A stretch of DNA of 64,000 bases from Candidatus Omnitrophota bacterium. GTDB taxonomy: Bacteria > Omnitrophota > Gorgyraeia > Gygaellales > Profunditerraquicolaceae. Position numbers and translations under genes: made by a program. Under the pieces are notes generated by a model. The model worked only from the letters and a program-made list of their open reading frames with translations. It was not told the origin of the DNA and made no database searches. Below are positions 26,632-37,862 of this stretch, piece after piece (within the stretch, counting starts at the first letter, position 1; the number at the start of each line of letters is the position of its first letter). The stretch lies in assembly GCA_003598025.1 (NCBI GenBank), contig QZKH01000002.1, forward strand, positions 74,133-138,132. The letters run 5' to 3'.

Positions 26632-29562
26632 ATGTTAGGATTCATCAAGAAAAGATCTTTAGAGAATAAAAAGAGGGTAATAAAACAACGTTATCCTTCT
26701 GCTAAAATAAATTTACACCCCGATATACCCAACCCATCGGTCAATAAAATCGTCGAGCTTGCCGCGATAGTCGAGCAAATCAACTCTCTGGAACCTGTGA
26801 TATCCTCTCTCTCGGACACGGAATTGAAACACAAGACTTCGGAGTTTAGAGAGGCTATTATGAAATCATCTGAGGACTACGAAGCTAGAATAGCTGAGCT
26901 GGAAGACTTATTATCACAGGCCAGCATCCAGGAAGAACGCCAAAACTTAAAAGATAAAATCAAGGTTACGCGCAACAAAATATTTGCCGGCGTTCTGCCT
27001 GAGGCCTTTGCGGTCGTGCGCGAAGCTTCACGCAGGACTATAGGATTGCGCCATTTTGACGTGCAGTTACTGGGGGGCATAGTGTTGCATGAAGGCAAGA
27101 TCGCAGAAATGGCAACAGGCGAAGGCAAAACACTGGTAGCTACACTGCCGGCATATTTAAATGCGCTCCTGGGTAAAGGCGTACATATAGTCACTGTCAA
27201 TGATTACCTGGCAAGAAGAGACCGCGATTGGATGGGCCCCATATTTGAATTCTTAGGCTTGTCCGTCGGGGTGATCCAGCACGATATTTCTGATGAAGAA
27301 AGAAGGCATGCCTATTCCTGCGATATCACCTATGGTACCAATAATGAATTCGGGTTTGATTACCTAAGGGATAATATGAAATACAGTCTTGATGCGTTAG
27401 TCCAGAGGCCGTTTTATTTTGCCATAGTTGATGAGGTAGATTCTATACTTATCGATGAAGCGCGCACACCTTTGATTATTTCCGGTCCCGCAGAAGAATC
27501 AACGGACAAGTATTACATAATCGATAAGATCGTCCCGCGGTTAAGAGGCAGGAGGGTTTTAGAGAAAGAAGAGATTGAAGCAAAACATAAGGGCCAGGAC
27601 CTTTCTAAGGGCTATGATTATATGGTCGATGAGAAAGCCCACACCGCGCATTTAACGGAAGAAGGCGAATCAAAAGTATGCAGCATGCTCAATATCGATA
27701 ACCTGCATGAGATCAGCACTATGGAATGGCGCCATCATGTGATCCAGGCACTCCGCGCCCACAATTTGTATAAGAAGGACGTCGATTATGTTATTAAAGA
27801 CGGGCAGGTGATCATAGTCGATGAATTTACCGGCAGGATGATGCCGGGGAGGCGCTGGTCAGACGGCCTGCATCAGGCAGTAGAAGCAAAAGAGGGCTTA
27901 AAGATCGAAAGGGAGAACCAGACACTGGCTACGATTACCTTCCAGAATTATTTCCGCATGTATGAGAAATTATCAGGCATGACCGGTACGGCATTTACCG
28001 AGGCAAATGAGTTTAAAAATATTTACCAGCTTGATGTCGTAGTATTACCTACCAATAGGCCTCTGATACGCAATAATTTTCAGGATAGAGTTTATAAGTC
28101 AAAAAATGAGAAAATGAAAGCCGTAGTTGATGAGATAGTTGAACTTTATAATACCGGCAGGCCGGTATTGGTGGGTACGATATCTATCGATAAATCAGAG
28201 CTTCTTTCGGAAATGTTAAAGAGGCGCGGGGTCGAACATCAGGTGCTCAACGCTAAGTATCATGAAATGGAAGCCCAGATCGTTGCCCAGGCCGGCAGGT
28301 ATAAAGCAGTGACCATAGCTACTAACATGGCTGGCCGCGGCACAGACATACTGCTGGGAGGCAACCCTGAATTTATTGCCAGGAGTATAATAAACCAGAA
28401 ATTTGAGCGCGCTGACCCAGGCTATGAGGAAGCTTATGGCAAGCTGCTGAATGAATATAAAATCAAAACACAAAAAGAGCATGAAGAAGTAGTTAAGCTT
28501 GGCGGGTTGCATGTCATAGGCACCGAGCGTCATGAGGCAAGGCGTGTAGACAACCAGCTGCGCGGCAGATGCGGCCGCCAGGGAGACCCCGGTTCTTCAA
28601 GGTTCTACGTTTCCTTTGAAGACGACCTTATGAGGCTTTTTGGCTCGGATAGAATATTGAATTTAATGGATAAACTTGGATTAGAGGAAGGGCAGGTCAT
28701 AGATCACCCTTGGGTTTCCAAATCCATTGAGATAGCCCAGAAGAGGGTAGAGGAGCACAATTTTGAAATAAGGAAACAGCTCCTTGAATATGATAATGTG
28801 ATGAATAAGCAGAGGGAGATTATTTACGGCCAGCGCAGGCAGGTTCTTGATGGTGCATCTATGAGGGACGATATACTCTCCGGCTCAGACAAAATACTTG
28901 ATGAATTGTTATCGATATATTTGCCTGCTGAGCCCGGTGCGGAAACTGATATCGAGGGATTATCCAGCGCGATAAAGTCTAAATTCGGCCTTGATCTGGA
29001 GCCGGATTTACGGAGCATAGTCGATAGGGCGGTTTTAGCTGAAAAATTATCCGGGATTATCCGCAGCGCCTATGATGAAAAAGAAAAAGCAATCGGTGCT
29101 GATATGTTAAGGCACCTTGAACGCATGGTTTATCTCCAGATCACAGATGCCAAATGGAAAGACCACCTCTATGCGATGGACAGCCTAAGGGAAGGTATAG
29201 GGCTGCGTGCTTACGGACAAAGGGACCCGTTGATAGAATATAAACGTGAAGCATTTAATATGTTTAGCGAAATGATTTATAAGATTGAAGATGAGGCAGT
29301 TGAGATTTTATTCAGGCTCCAGCCAGCTAAACCAGCCACAGATTTTAAGGGTGTTTTTAAAGAGTCAAGCCAGCAGCTGTTGCATCCCGATAGTAAGTCT
29401 TTTAACCAGCAGCCGGAATCTTTAACACAAGATAGCCTTAGCAGTAGCCAACAAATAAGCCATCAGGCCCTTCCCAATAAATCTTCAGCAGAAAAAGTAG
29501 GCAGAAATGACCCCTGTCCTTGCGGCTCAGGGAAAAAATACAAGAAATGTTGCGGAAAATGA
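26632..29562 (+). CDS. secA: preprotein translocase ATPase SecA
   Basis: 976 aa. Contains [14 protein letters not shown] and [19 protein letters not shown], plus the C-terminal zinc motif [14 protein letters not shown]. Confidence 0.97.
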   Translation: MLGFIKKRSLENKKRVIKQRYPSAKINLHPDIPNPSVNKIVELAAIVEQINSLEPVISSLSDTELKHKTSEFREAIMKSSEDYEARIAELEDLLSQASIQEERQNLKDKIKVTRNKIFAGVLPEAFAVVREASRRTIGLRHFDVQLLGGIVLHEGKIAEMATGEGKTLVATLPAYLNALLGKGVHIVTVNDYLARRDRDWMGPIFEFLGLSVGVIQHDISDEERRHAYSCDITYGTNNEFGFDYLRDNMKYSLDALVQRPFYFAIVDEVDSILIDEARTPLIISGPAEESTDKYYIIDKIVPRLRGRRVLEKEEIEAKHKGQDLSKGYDYMVDEKAHTAHLTEEGESKVCSMLNIDNLHEISTMEWRHHVIQALRAHNLYKKDVDYVIKDGQVIIVDEFTGRMMPGRRWSDGLHQAVEAKEGLKIERENQTLATITFQNYFRMYEKLSGMTGTAFTEANEFKNIYQLDVVVLPTNRPLIRNNFQDRVYKSKNEKMKAVVDEIVELYNTGRPVLVGTISIDKSELLSEMLKRRGVEHQVLNAKYHEMEAQIVAQAGRYKAVTIATNMAGRGTDILLGGNPEFIARSIINQKFERADPGYEEAYGKLLNEYKIKTQKEHEEVVKLGGLHVIGTERHEARRVDNQLRGRCGRQGDPGSSRFYVSFEDDLMRLFGSDRILNLMDKLGLEEGQVIDHPWVSKSIEIAQKRVEEHNFEIRKQLLEYDNVMNKQREIIYGQRRQVLDGASMRDDILSGSDKILDELLSIYLPAEPGAETDIEGLSSAIKSKFGLDLEPDLRSIVDRAVLAEKLSGIIRSAYDEKEKAIGADMLRHLERMVYLQITDAKWKDHLYAMDSLREGIGLRAYGQRDPLIEYKREAFNMFSEMIYKIEDEAVEILFRLQPAKPATDFKGVFKESSQQLLHPDSKSFNQQPESLTQDSLSSSQQISHQALPNKSSAEKVGRNDPCPCGSGKKYKKCCGK

Positions 29563-31073
29563 TTCCCCAAAGGATAAACAAAATTTTTAATCTCGGCAAA
29601 AAAGGTTTTTTCTTAAGTATTCTTTCCGGTATTCTACTGGCATTTTCTTTTCCCTCTTTTAATCTCTGGATAACCGCCTGGGTGGCTTTTATCCCGTTGC
29701 TCTTGGCTATAAGAGGGAAAAATAAGGCGCAATCTTTCGTATCAGGTTATATCTCAGGGCTGGTTTTCTGGTCTATGACAGTTTATTGGCTGAGCCACGT
29801 TACTGTCCCGGGAGTCTTGCTGATGGTTTCTTACTTATCCTTATATTCGGCGTTATTTACTCTGTTTATAAAGCTATTTAGCCGGAATAAAAACTCAGGC
29901 GTAATAATCATCCCGGCATTATGGGTGATGCTGGAATATTTACGCAGCCACGCCTTTACTGGTTTTGGCTGGGCCCTTTTGGGATATTCCCAATATCAGA
30001 ATATTTATATTATTCAAATCGCTGATTTATTTGGCGCCTGGGGAGTATCATTCCTGGTCATGGTTATTAATGTATGTATTTATAATTATCTTATATCAGA
30101 TGCTAAGCCCGGGCTGAGAATAAGGAAACTTCTGTTAGCCGCATCCCTGCTTATCGCAGTTTTGTCCTATGGTTGCTATAAGTCCAAAGCAGTAGAACCC
30201 GGGGAAAATAAAAAAGGGATAAAGATTTCGGTTATCCAGGGCAACATTCCTCAAGAGCTTAAGTGGGATGTTAAATCCAGAGATATGATAATGAACAGGT
30301 TCCTTGGGTTAAGCAGAGAGGTGTTGCCTGATAATCCGGAAATAATAATTTGGCCTGAGGCTGCTATCCCGGTAGTTATCTCGGAAGAGCCATGGTATCT
30401 GGGTAGAGTAAGAAAATTTGCGGATGATAATAAGATCTTTATGCTCCTGGGTGCGGTTGATGCTGTAGGGGAGGCTTATTATAACGAAGCGATTTTGCTT
30501 TCTCCCGGCAAGGAAGACCACACCGTTTATAAGAAACTCCACCTGGTTCCGTTCGGAGAGTACATCCCTCTTAGAAAATACCTGAAATTTCTGGAGCCAT
30601 TTGTGCCCATAGGTGATTTTACCGCAGGCAATGAATATACGGTATTTCCATCTCCGGTTAAATTCTCCGTATTAATTTGTTTTGAGGATAATATTGCTGA
30701 GATCTCCAGAAATTTTGTAAGACGCGGCTCAAGGCTTCTGGTCAATATCACAAATGACGCCTGGTTTAACCTTAGTTCGGCGCCGTATCAGCATATGCAA
30801 TCATCGGTTTTCCGTGCTGTTGAGAACAGGGTTTATGTTATACGTTCGGCAAATACCGGGGTGTCCGGATTTATAGCGCCTACCGGAAAAATATTATCTT
30901 CTGTCAGCGATGCAGGCGGAAACAGGATATTTATCACCGGCTACGCAACCCATGAGATATTTACTTCTATAGATTACTTGAGTTTTTATACGCGATTTGG
31001 AGATTTATTTATAATTTTTTGTATTATGGCGATTTTATATGGTATAATCCCTCCCAAAATCCCGAAGAAATGA
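29559..31073 (+). CDS. lnt: apolipoprotein N-acyltransferase
   Basis: N-terminal polytopic region followed by a CN-hydrolase domain ([20 protein letters not shown]). ATG 29559 forms an ATGA overlap with the secA stop. Confidence 0.85.
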   Translation: MIPQRINKIFNLGKKGFFLSILSGILLAFSFPSFNLWITAWVAFIPLLLAIRGKNKAQSFVSGYISGLVFWSMTVYWLSHVTVPGVLLMVSYLSLYSALFTLFIKLFSRNKNSGVIIIPALWVMLEYLRSHAFTGFGWALLGYSQYQNIYIIQIADLFGAWGVSFLVMVINVCIYNYLISDAKPGLRIRKLLLAASLLIAVLSYGCYKSKAVEPGENKKGIKISVIQGNIPQELKWDVKSRDMIMNRFLGLSREVLPDNPEIIIWPEAAIPVVISEEPWYLGRVRKFADDNKIFMLLGAVDAVGEAYYNEAILLSPGKEDHTVYKKLHLVPFGEYIPLRKYLKFLEPFVPIGDFTAGNEYTVFPSPVKFSVLICFEDNIAEISRNFVRRGSRLLVNITNDAWFNLSSAPYQHMQSSVFRAVENRVYVIRSANTGVSGFIAPTGKILSSVSDAGGNRIFITGYATHEIFTSIDYLSFYTRFGDLFIIFCIMAILYGIIPPKIPKK

Positions 31074-31558
31074 AAAAAACATTTATTATTATATTTATAA
31101 TTTCTTTAATCTCTATTCCTGCGGCAATATATTTATTAGATAAAGAAACTTTTCTTTGCCCGATAGAGTATGGCTATGATTTTGTAATACGCAATGATTC
31201 TATGGGAGAGGGCCAATTCGGCGCCAAACGCAGCGGAGGCAGGCTGCATAATGGTATTGACCTATTTGCAGATATCTGGGCTCCGGTGCGGGCAAGTAAT
31301 TGCGGTATAGTTGTAGCTTCTGAGTCGAGCCGTGGAATGGGTAAATTTGTCGTGATCAAACATCCTGGCTCTGTATCTACGGTATACGGGCATCTAAATG
31401 AGTTGTGTGTTAAAGAGGGGCAGTTTGTGCGGCAAGGAGATATAATCGGAAAAGTTGGTAAGACCGGTAATGCAAATTACCGTAGCATGGACGCACATCT
31501 TCATCTTGAAATAAGAAAGAACGGCTCTCCTCAGGAGCCGTTGGATTATCTGGAGTGA
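31070..31558 (+). CDS. M23 family metallopeptidase
   Basis: Contains HNGIDL (HxxxD), GKTGNA and HLHLEI (HxH). The signal-like N-terminus [13 protein letters not shown] begins at ATG 31070, which forms an ATGA overlap with the lnt stop. Confidence 0.85.
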   Translation: MKKTFIIIFIISLISIPAAIYLLDKETFLCPIEYGYDFVIRNDSMGEGQFGAKRSGGRLHNGIDLFADIWAPVRASNCGIVVASESSRGMGKFVVIKHPGSVSTVYGHLNELCVKEGQFVRQGDIIGKVGKTGNANYRSMDAHLHLEIRKNGSPQEPLDYLE

Positions 31559-32709
31559 TTATGCTGAATATAATATTACTGGGAATCACAAGTTTTCTTA
31601 CTGATGTATCAAGCGAGATGGTCTATCCTTTGCTGCCTGTTTACCTGGTAACTGTTCTCGGTGCAGGTCCGGCAGTACTGGGATTAATCGAGGGCGTTGC
31701 AGAGAGCTTGGCAAGCATAACGAAGGTCTTCTCTGGATATTTTTCGGATAAATTGAAGTCCCGCAAGCCATTCACTATATTAGGATATTTTGCTTCCGCA
31801 TTAGGAAAAGTTTTTTTATTTTTGTCAATAGGCTGGGGATTTGTTTTAGTCGGACGTCTGCTTGACAGGTTTGGCAAAGGGGTACGTACTGCTCCGCGGG
31901 ATGCCTTGATTGCCGATAGCACATCGAAAGGTAAGAGGGGCTCTGCTTTTGGCCTGCACCGGGCCATGGATACATGCGGGGCAGCCGTAGGAGTCGTACT
32001 GGCTTATTTCTTGGTTTCTCATTATACGGGCAATTTTAAGCGGGTTTTCTTTTATTCTCTTATTCCTGCTTTTATCGGCGTGTTGGTGCTTTTTTTGGTA
32101 AAAGAGAAGAAAGAAAAGAGAGATGAGCAGCTCGGCAGGAAAAAAATATCTTTCAGCTGGAAAGGCCTGGATAAAAGGCTTAGGCTTTTCTTGATCTTCA
32201 GTTTTATTTTTACTCTCGGCAATTCTTCAAACCAGTTTTTGCTGCTTAAGGCCAAAGACATGGGCAGCCCTGTCACCAGCGTGATTATTTTATACCTTGT
32301 TTTTAATGTTATTCAGGCTGTGGTGATATATCCTGCCTCATGGTTATCTGATAAGATCGGCAAGAAAAAACTTCTTGTAGCCGGATATCTCTTCTACGGT
32401 TTAGTTTACCTTGGGTTTGCTTTAAACAATTCATTAGGCCATTTATGGATTTTGTTTGCCTTGTATGGGATTTATATGGGCCTGACTGAAGGAGTGGAAA
32501 AGGCGCTTATTGCGGATATTTCACCTGCTGGGCTTAGGGCAACTACGATTGGGCTGCATGCTACAATTATCGGGATAGGTTTATTGCCTGCATCTGTGTT
32601 AGCCGGTGTACTTTGGAAATTATTCGGCGCACAGGCTCCTTTTTATTTCGGATCGTTTATGGGAATATTGGCAAGCTGCGGATTCTTTTTTGTGCTGAAA
32701 GGCCTTTAG
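31555..32709 (+). CDS. MFS transporter
   Basis: 384 aa, about 12 TM. Contains the GRLLDRFGKGVRTAPRDALIAD loop motif. GTGA overlap with the upstream stop; an alternative ATG lies at 31561. Confidence 0.8.
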   Translation: MIMLNIILLGITSFLTDVSSEMVYPLLPVYLVTVLGAGPAVLGLIEGVAESLASITKVFSGYFSDKLKSRKPFTILGYFASALGKVFLFLSIGWGFVLVGRLLDRFGKGVRTAPRDALIADSTSKGKRGSAFGLHRAMDTCGAAVGVVLAYFLVSHYTGNFKRVFFYSLIPAFIGVLVLFLVKEKKEKRDEQLGRKKISFSWKGLDKRLRLFLIFSFIFTLGNSSNQFLLLKAKDMGSPVTSVIILYLVFNVIQAVVIYPASWLSDKIGKKKLLVAGYLFYGLVYLGFALNNSLGHLWILFALYGIYMGLTEGVEKALIADISPAGLRATTIGLHATIIGIGLLPASVLAGVLWKLFGAQAPFYFGSFMGILASCGFFFVLKGL

Positions 32710-33587
32710 TTATTTTCCTTCGGTTCAAGATGCACAATCACGTCTGTAACCCCTTCGATATTTAATTTGATAACGCGTTCTATGTCGTAGCAGACTTTAT
32801 GAGCTTCATCCATATGCATATCCGGGTCTACCTGTACGTGCAGGTCTATATAGATATCATCTGACCTTCCCCGTGTACGTATCTTATGACAGGACCTGAC
32901 TCCTTTTATACGTAAAACCAGATCGACTATTTTTTTAGAGTCTATTATTGCTGCTGTATCACAGAGCACCCTGGAAGATTCCTGGATGATCCTGTACCCA
33001 GAGTAGGCTATAAATAAAGAAATCACCATTGTAACGATAGGATCGATTATAGGGAAGCCTAATTTTATAGCGGCTAAAGCTATAATAACAGATATAGAGG
33101 TGAATATATCTGTCTGCGTATGCATCGAGTCAGAAATGAGGATATCACTCTTCAATTTCAGGCCCTGTTTTTTCTCGTAAATCATGACAGCTAGATTTAT
33201 GCTTAGAGTTGTCAGCATGACAATGAGAGCGCCAAGCCCGATATCAGGGATTACAGGGTTATTTATACGCAATAATCCTACCCTAAACAGATTGAATGCG
33301 ACTATAAACAGGAAAGCGGATATCGCTAACGAGAATAAAGTTTCGTATTTCCTATGCCCGTAAGGATGGTCTAAATCTTTAGGTTTCGAAGCAAGATGAA
33401 TTCCGATAAGCGCAATTATATTAGATGCCCCGTCTGACAGAGAATGAAAGCCGTCAGCGCTTATGCTGGAACATTTGCTTAAAGCGCCATAAACAATCTT
33501 GGCTAAAGCAACTCCCCAGTTAAAGGCAAGGATTATAATCAGTATCTTCTTGATCTCTGCGGTTCTTCTTGATAAATCCTGCTCCAT
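32706..33587 (-). CDS. cation diffusion facilitator (CDF) transporter
   Basis: 293 aa. Contains HSLSDGASN, HPYGHRKYE and the C-terminal cytoplasmic domain motif DLHVQVDPDM. Confidence 0.85.
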   Translation of the reverse strand: MEQDLSRRTAEIKKILIIILAFNWGVALAKIVYGALSKCSSISADGFHSLSDGASNIIALIGIHLASKPKDLDHPYGHRKYETLFSLAISAFLFIVAFNLFRVGLLRINNPVIPDIGLGALIVMLTTLSINLAVMIYEKKQGLKLKSDILISDSMHTQTDIFTSISVIIALAAIKLGFPIIDPIVTMVISLFIAYSGYRIIQESSRVLCDTAAIIDSKKIVDLVLRIKGVRSCHKIRTRGRSDDIYIDLHVQVDPDMHMDEAHKVCYDIERVIKLNIEGVTDVIVHLEPKENN

Positions 33588-33658
33588 ATAGTAATTATAA
33601 TTGCAGATTCAGGCTAATTCAATAAATATTACTTTTAGTCCGCGGTGCACGGAGCACA

Positions 33659-33716
33659 GTTCACTGAGCGTAGTTTATAGAAGTATGACCCACATATCCT
33701 CTGTGAACTATGAACC
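33659..33716. repeat. degenerate inverted heptamer element
   Basis: Left arm 33659-33679: GTTCACT GAGCGTA GTTTATA. After a 23-nt spacer, right arm 33703-33716: TGTGAAC TATGAAC. Lies in a divergent intergenic region. Confidence 0.6.
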
Positions 33717-33815
33717 AATGTACTGCTTATTGAACTCATACTTTTTCCATGATAGAATACAATACAATGAGCAAAAATATTTATTGAGCCACTGATAGAA
33801 TAACTGGAGGTAGCT

Positions 33816-34301
33816 ATGCTGGAATTTAAAAGCGTTAAAATAATTAAACCCCAGGATTTAAATATCATATTAGGCCAGAGCCATTTTATTAAGACTGTGG
33901 AAGATATCTATGAGGTATTAGTCAGCAGTGTGCCGAATATAAAGTTTGGTTTGGCTTTTTGCGAGGCATCAGGCGCCTGTAAAGTAAGAAGCGAAGGCAA
34001 TGACCCCGGATTAAAGAAACTTGCCATTGACAATGCGCTGGAATTGGGCGCCGGGCACAGTTTTATTTTATTTCTGGATCAGGCCTATCCGATCAATGTA
34101 TTAAACGCAATAAAGGCATTACCTGAAGTGTGTTCCGTATATTGCGCATCCGCTAACCCCGTAGAAGTCATTATTGCTCAAACAGATTCGGGGCGCGGGA
34201 TAATGGGTGTGATCGATGGAGCACAGCCAAAAGGCATTGAAACAGAGGAGGATATAAAGTGGCGTAAGGGCCTTTTGCGCAAAATAGGATATAAACTTTG
34301 A
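33816..34301 (+). CDS. adenosine-specific-kinase-like protein (PF04008-like, tentative)
   Basis: 161 aa. GQSHFIKTVEDIYE...FGLAFCEASG...GAGHSFILF...VYCASANPVEVI resembles the small conserved archaeal/bacterial family annotated as adenosine-specific kinase. Assigned from memory only. Confidence 0.45.
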   Translation: MLEFKSVKIIKPQDLNIILGQSHFIKTVEDIYEVLVSSVPNIKFGLAFCEASGACKVRSEGNDPGLKKLAIDNALELGAGHSFILFLDQAYPINVLNAIKALPEVCSVYCASANPVEVIIAQTDSGRGIMGVIDGAQPKGIETEEDIKWRKGLLRKIGYKL

Positions 34302-34353
34302 GCATTTATTAAAAAAGGTATTAATTATCAAGTTTGCTGTTATAATAACTGGC

Positions 34354-35904
34354 ATGCGCACGTTTATGAAGAAAGATTTCTCAAGACAGTTCCTTTGCCT
34401 GGTATTTTTTTTACTGGTAGCTTATACAATATTCCTCCAATTCATTGCTCCGGTCCTTTATGGCGAAGACAGCTATTACCATGTGGCTGTAGCTAAATTC
34501 ATAAGGCAATTCGGGCTGCATTATGATTTCCATTGGGCGCAATTTTCCACCTTTAAAGAATTTTTCTCTGATAAGGATTTATTATTCCATGTCCTTATAT
34601 GCCCGTTTACTTATCTAACCGATAATATAGTCCTGGCAGGTAAATACGCAGTCATATTCTTTGATGTATTATTTCTTCTTGCCTATCTCTATATCCTCAG
34701 GAAGTATTTACCGGATTTTTTGGTTGCCTGTTTTTTGATCTTGCCATTTTTATCCGGAGTTTTTTATGCTTATTTTACGTTTTTGAGGCCGACAACTTTA
34801 GCTAATGTTCTATTTATATTCAGTATATATTTCCTGATAAATAAAAATCCCGTCAAACTATTCATAGCCACCGTACTATTTACGCTTTCGCACTTATTTT
34901 TTCCTCTAATATTCATATTCGCGTTGATAACAGAGGCTATAAGATATTTCTCTAAGAAGGAATTTTACCTTAGGAATATTTACAGCGTTTTATTGGGTAT
35001 AGCCTTAGGCACGATTATACATCCTAATTTTCCGAATAATCTGCTATCATTTCATTTAAATGTTATTTTGGTGCCCTATTACTCTTTTTTAAATGTTCCG
35101 ATAAGTTTTGGAGGCGAGCTAAGCAGCGGCCCCACCAAAAACGTGCTTCTTGAAGAGTTCGTCGTCTTTTTTTCTTTCAATATAATTATTTGGTTGTTGT
35201 TGGTGCGGCGCATAAAAATAAGCTTTTCTACCCTGGTTTGGTGGGCTTGCTCCAGTATTTTCATGGCCAGTTCATTCATAAGCAACAGATACTGGTATAA
35301 TAATATTGTTTTATTCCTTGTATTTTTTGCTTCTTTTGTGAAAGATCTGTCAGATACCTTCCAACCGGGCAGAATAATTACAAAGTCCAGATATTTCATT
35401 TTATCGTATTTATGCGTACTTGTTTTATTCCTTAAGGTAGGCCTGGAGCCTATAGTGAAGCTTTTTGAGAGCCAAATAGTCCTAAACGGAGATTATGAAG
35501 AAGTAGGCAAATGGATGCTTAAGAACATACCTGCAAATGAAATGATTTATCATGCCTATTGGAGCGATTCGCCATACTTTATTGCGTTGAACCCTAAAAA
35601 CAACTATTTAGTTGTTCTGGACCCGATGTATATGCTTTACAGATACCCCAAGGAATACATGCTTTATTCTGATATACTGAAAGGCCAGGTACAGCATCCT
35701 TATAAGGATATCCAGGGTACTTTTAAATCGAAGTATGCTTTTACGAGAAAAGAAGCCCCGTTTTATTCCCAGATGAATAATGACCACATGCATTTTAAGA
35801 AGCTGTATGATACTAATTGGTCGGCTGTTTTTGAAATACTTCCGCAAGCAGAGGAAACAGAAAAGGCTAACACAAAAAAAGAAATAAGAACCAAGAAAAA
35901 ATAA
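34354..35904 (+). CDS. polytopic membrane protein, possible GT-C fold glycosyltransferase
   Basis: 516 aa. At least 10 TM followed by a soluble C-terminal domain and a Lys-rich tail. The early loop motif GEDSYYH is reminiscent of GT-C/STT3-like first-loop acidic motifs. No WWDYG motif seen. Confidence 0.3.
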   Translation: MRTFMKKDFSRQFLCLVFFLLVAYTIFLQFIAPVLYGEDSYYHVAVAKFIRQFGLHYDFHWAQFSTFKEFFSDKDLLFHVLICPFTYLTDNIVLAGKYAVIFFDVLFLLAYLYILRKYLPDFLVACFLILPFLSGVFYAYFTFLRPTTLANVLFIFSIYFLINKNPVKLFIATVLFTLSHLFFPLIFIFALITEAIRYFSKKEFYLRNIYSVLLGIALGTIIHPNFPNNLLSFHLNVILVPYYSFLNVPISFGGELSSGPTKNVLLEEFVVFFSFNIIIWLLLVRRIKISFSTLVWWACSSIFMASSFISNRYWYNNIVLFLVFFASFVKDLSDTFQPGRIITKSRYFILSYLCVLVLFLKVGLEPIVKLFESQIVLNGDYEEVGKWMLKNIPANEMIYHAYWSDSPYFIALNPKNNYLVVLDPMYMLYRYPKEYMLYSDILKGQVQHPYKDIQGTFKSKYAFTRKEAPFYSQMNNDHMHFKKLYDTNWSAVFEILPQAEETEKANTKKEIRTKKK

Positions 35905-35920
35905 TTAATACTAAAATATA

Positions 35921-35961
35921 GGCAAAATTGATCAGGGTTTATTAAGTAATTTTGCCTTTTT
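35921..35961 (+). terminator. rho-independent terminator
   Basis: Stem GGCAAAATT (35921-35929) pairs with AATTTTGCC (35948-35956), followed by TTTTT. Confidence 0.6.
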
Positions 35962-35982
35962 AGCATAACTGCGATAATTAGA

Positions 35983-36918
35983 ATGTTATCGAAAGACAGG
36001 CGTAAAAAAATAGGATACTTTATTTCTTGGCTGGCGCTTAATTTTTGTTCCTGGCTGGTTATGGTTATGCCGCGAAAGTTGCATTATATTTTCGCAGCCA
36101 TGATTGCTTCTTTGGGATATAAATTTGCTAAAAAGCAAAGAATAATTGCCCAGGAAAGCCTTAAGCTTGCTTTTGGCAGCCAGAAGGATAGGCAAGAGAT
36201 AGATAAGATTGTCAGAGATTGTTTTCTGGGCATTGCTAAATCAGGGCTTGAGCTGGTATATTTTATGAACAAGCCGAATTTACTTGCCGGATATGTTGAA
36301 ATAACAGGTAAAGATAAACTAGACAAAGCTTTATCGAAAGGCAATGGGGTCATATTGGTAAGCGCGCATTTCGGCAACTTCCCGTTATTATTGGGGCGTT
36401 TAAGCGTAGAGGGGTATAAAACTGCCGGTATAATGCGCCCGATGCGTAACCTAAGAGTAGAAAAATTATTCATGGAGAAAAGGATAAGCTACGGCGTTAA
36501 AACCATACACAGCTACCCGCGGAATGTTTGTGTGAGCAGTTCTCTGCGCAGCCTAAGGGATAATGAGATCCTTTTTATACCTCTTGACCAGAACTTCGGT
36601 ACTTCTGGAGTGTTCGTTAATTTTTTTGGCAGAAAAGCAGCGACTGCAACCGGCCCGGTTATCCTGGCGTCGCGCACCGGCAGCCCAATACTGCCATGTT
36701 TTATCATAAGGCAGGAAGATAACAGCCATAAGATTATATTTGAAGACCCTATTGTAATAGAGGAAAATAAGGTGGATAAGGAAGCTATAATCAAGTATGT
36801 GCAGAGAATAACCGACATTATTGAGTCTTATATCCGGAAGTACCCTGCGGAATGGGGTTGGATACACAGGAGATGGAAGAGCAGGCCGGAGAAGGAAGGA
36901 GGTGTTGAAAATGGCTGA
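35983..36918 (+). CDS. lysophospholipid / lipid A biosynthesis acyltransferase (LpxL/HtrB family)
   Basis: 311 aa. N-terminal TM. Contains VSAHFGNFPLL (HX4D-like region), FIPLDQN, FFGRKAATATGP and YPAEWGWIHRRWK. Confidence 0.7.
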   Translation: MLSKDRRKKIGYFISWLALNFCSWLVMVMPRKLHYIFAAMIASLGYKFAKKQRIIAQESLKLAFGSQKDRQEIDKIVRDCFLGIAKSGLELVYFMNKPNLLAGYVEITGKDKLDKALSKGNGVILVSAHFGNFPLLLGRLSVEGYKTAGIMRPMRNLRVEKLFMEKRISYGVKTIHSYPRNVCVSSSLRSLRDNEILFIPLDQNFGTSGVFVNFFGRKAATATGPVILASRTGSPILPCFIIRQEDNSHKIIFEDPIVIEENKVDKEAIIKYVQRITDIIESYIRKYPAEWGWIHRRWKSRPEKEGGVENG

Positions 36919-37129
36919 CGATATTAAACAGGAAGGCAAAAACTGTTGTTTTAGCTCGGGTAAAGTATTTTCAACAATTATTAAGGTGTTTTTGGGCTTT
37001 ACGTTTCTGGTGTTGGGTATTTTGGCAGTAATCAAATGGTTACCGGCGCTTTGGACGATCATTACCGGTTGTATTGGGTTATTTTTGATCCTGGCAGGAA
37101 TAGTTACTTTGGCAGTCGCCAAAGAATAA
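36911..37129 (+). CDS. small membrane protein (2 TM)
   Basis: 72 aa starting at ATG 36911, a few nt after GGAAGGAGGTG. The track start at 36821 overlaps the preceding gene without an RBS. Confidence 0.45.
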   Translation: MADDIKQEGKNCCFSSGKVFSTIIKVFLGFTFLVLGILAVIKWLPALWTIITGCIGLFLILAGIVTLAVAKE

Positions 37130-37200
37130 AGTATATCCTCCGATAAAAGGGTTAATAGGAAAAACACCTCCTGTTAGCCCTTTGCCTTTATCAATACATC

Positions 37201-37228
37201 TTTACTAAATGTAGATTAAGAGTATAAT
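37201..37228 (+). promoter_or_regulatory. candidate sigma70 promoter TTTACT-16-TATAAT upstream of bioY
   Basis: Hexamers at 37201-37206 and 37223-37228. Confidence 0.45.
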
Positions 37229-37265
37229 AGTTGCCAATATTAATTTTACAAATACGGAGATGATT

Positions 37266-37832
37266 ATGGAGACTGTTTTAAGAAGAGAACTTATAGTAGA
37301 TAGGAGAATTTGCAAGATCATTGGGGTGGGGTTTTTTGTCATGGCTACTGCCTTAGGCGCATTTGTGCGTATACCTCTTCCTTTTACTCCTGTCCCTATA
37401 ACGATGCAGACATTCTTCGTCTTGCTTTCCGGGGCTTTCCTTGGTTCGGGTTTAGGGCTTACTTCGCAGGCCATCTACCTTGTAATAGGGTGCTTAGGAC
37501 TGCCTATTTTCTCACAAGGTAATTTCGGTTTTGCTTATATTTTAGGGCCTACCGGGGGGTATATATTAGGTTTTATTATGGCCGCATATTTTATCGGCAG
37601 GTCACTGGATGCCGGCATCAATAAACCCTGGAGAGTATTCCTTTATTTTCTAACCGCAGATTTAATAATTCTTTCTTGCGGGAGCCTATGGCTCTCGAAG
37701 GTATTTAACATAAGTTTATTTAAGGCTTCTTTGCTTGGTTTCCTTCCTTTTGTGCCCGGAAATTTAATTAAAATATCCTTTGCCACTATTTTGTATGGCA
37801 AGCTGAAAAACCGCCTTGAGCAGATATTCTAG
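37266..37832 (+). CDS. bioY: biotin transporter BioY (ECF S-component)
   Basis: Contains PFTPVPITMQTFFVLLSGAFLG and GPTGGYILGF. ATG 37266 lies 6 nt after GGAG; ATG 37260 abuts it. Confidence 0.85.
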   Translation: METVLRRELIVDRRICKIIGVGFFVMATALGAFVRIPLPFTPVPITMQTFFVLLSGAFLGSGLGLTSQAIYLVIGCLGLPIFSQGNFGFAYILGPTGGYILGFIMAAYFIGRSLDAGINKPWRVFLYFLTADLIILSCGSLWLSKVFNISLFKASLLGFLPFVPGNLIKISFATILYGKLKNRLEQIF

Positions 37833-37862
37833 CCAAAACACGCTTTATAAAAAGGAGAAAGT

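Noticed and set aside
37231-37251. Imperfect palindrome TTGCCAATATTAATTTTACAA just downstream of the bioY promoter as a BirA operator.
   Set aside because: The arms match at only 5 of 7 positions, the site does not resemble the BirA operators I can recall, and no birA gene is in the window. It is noted but not claimed.
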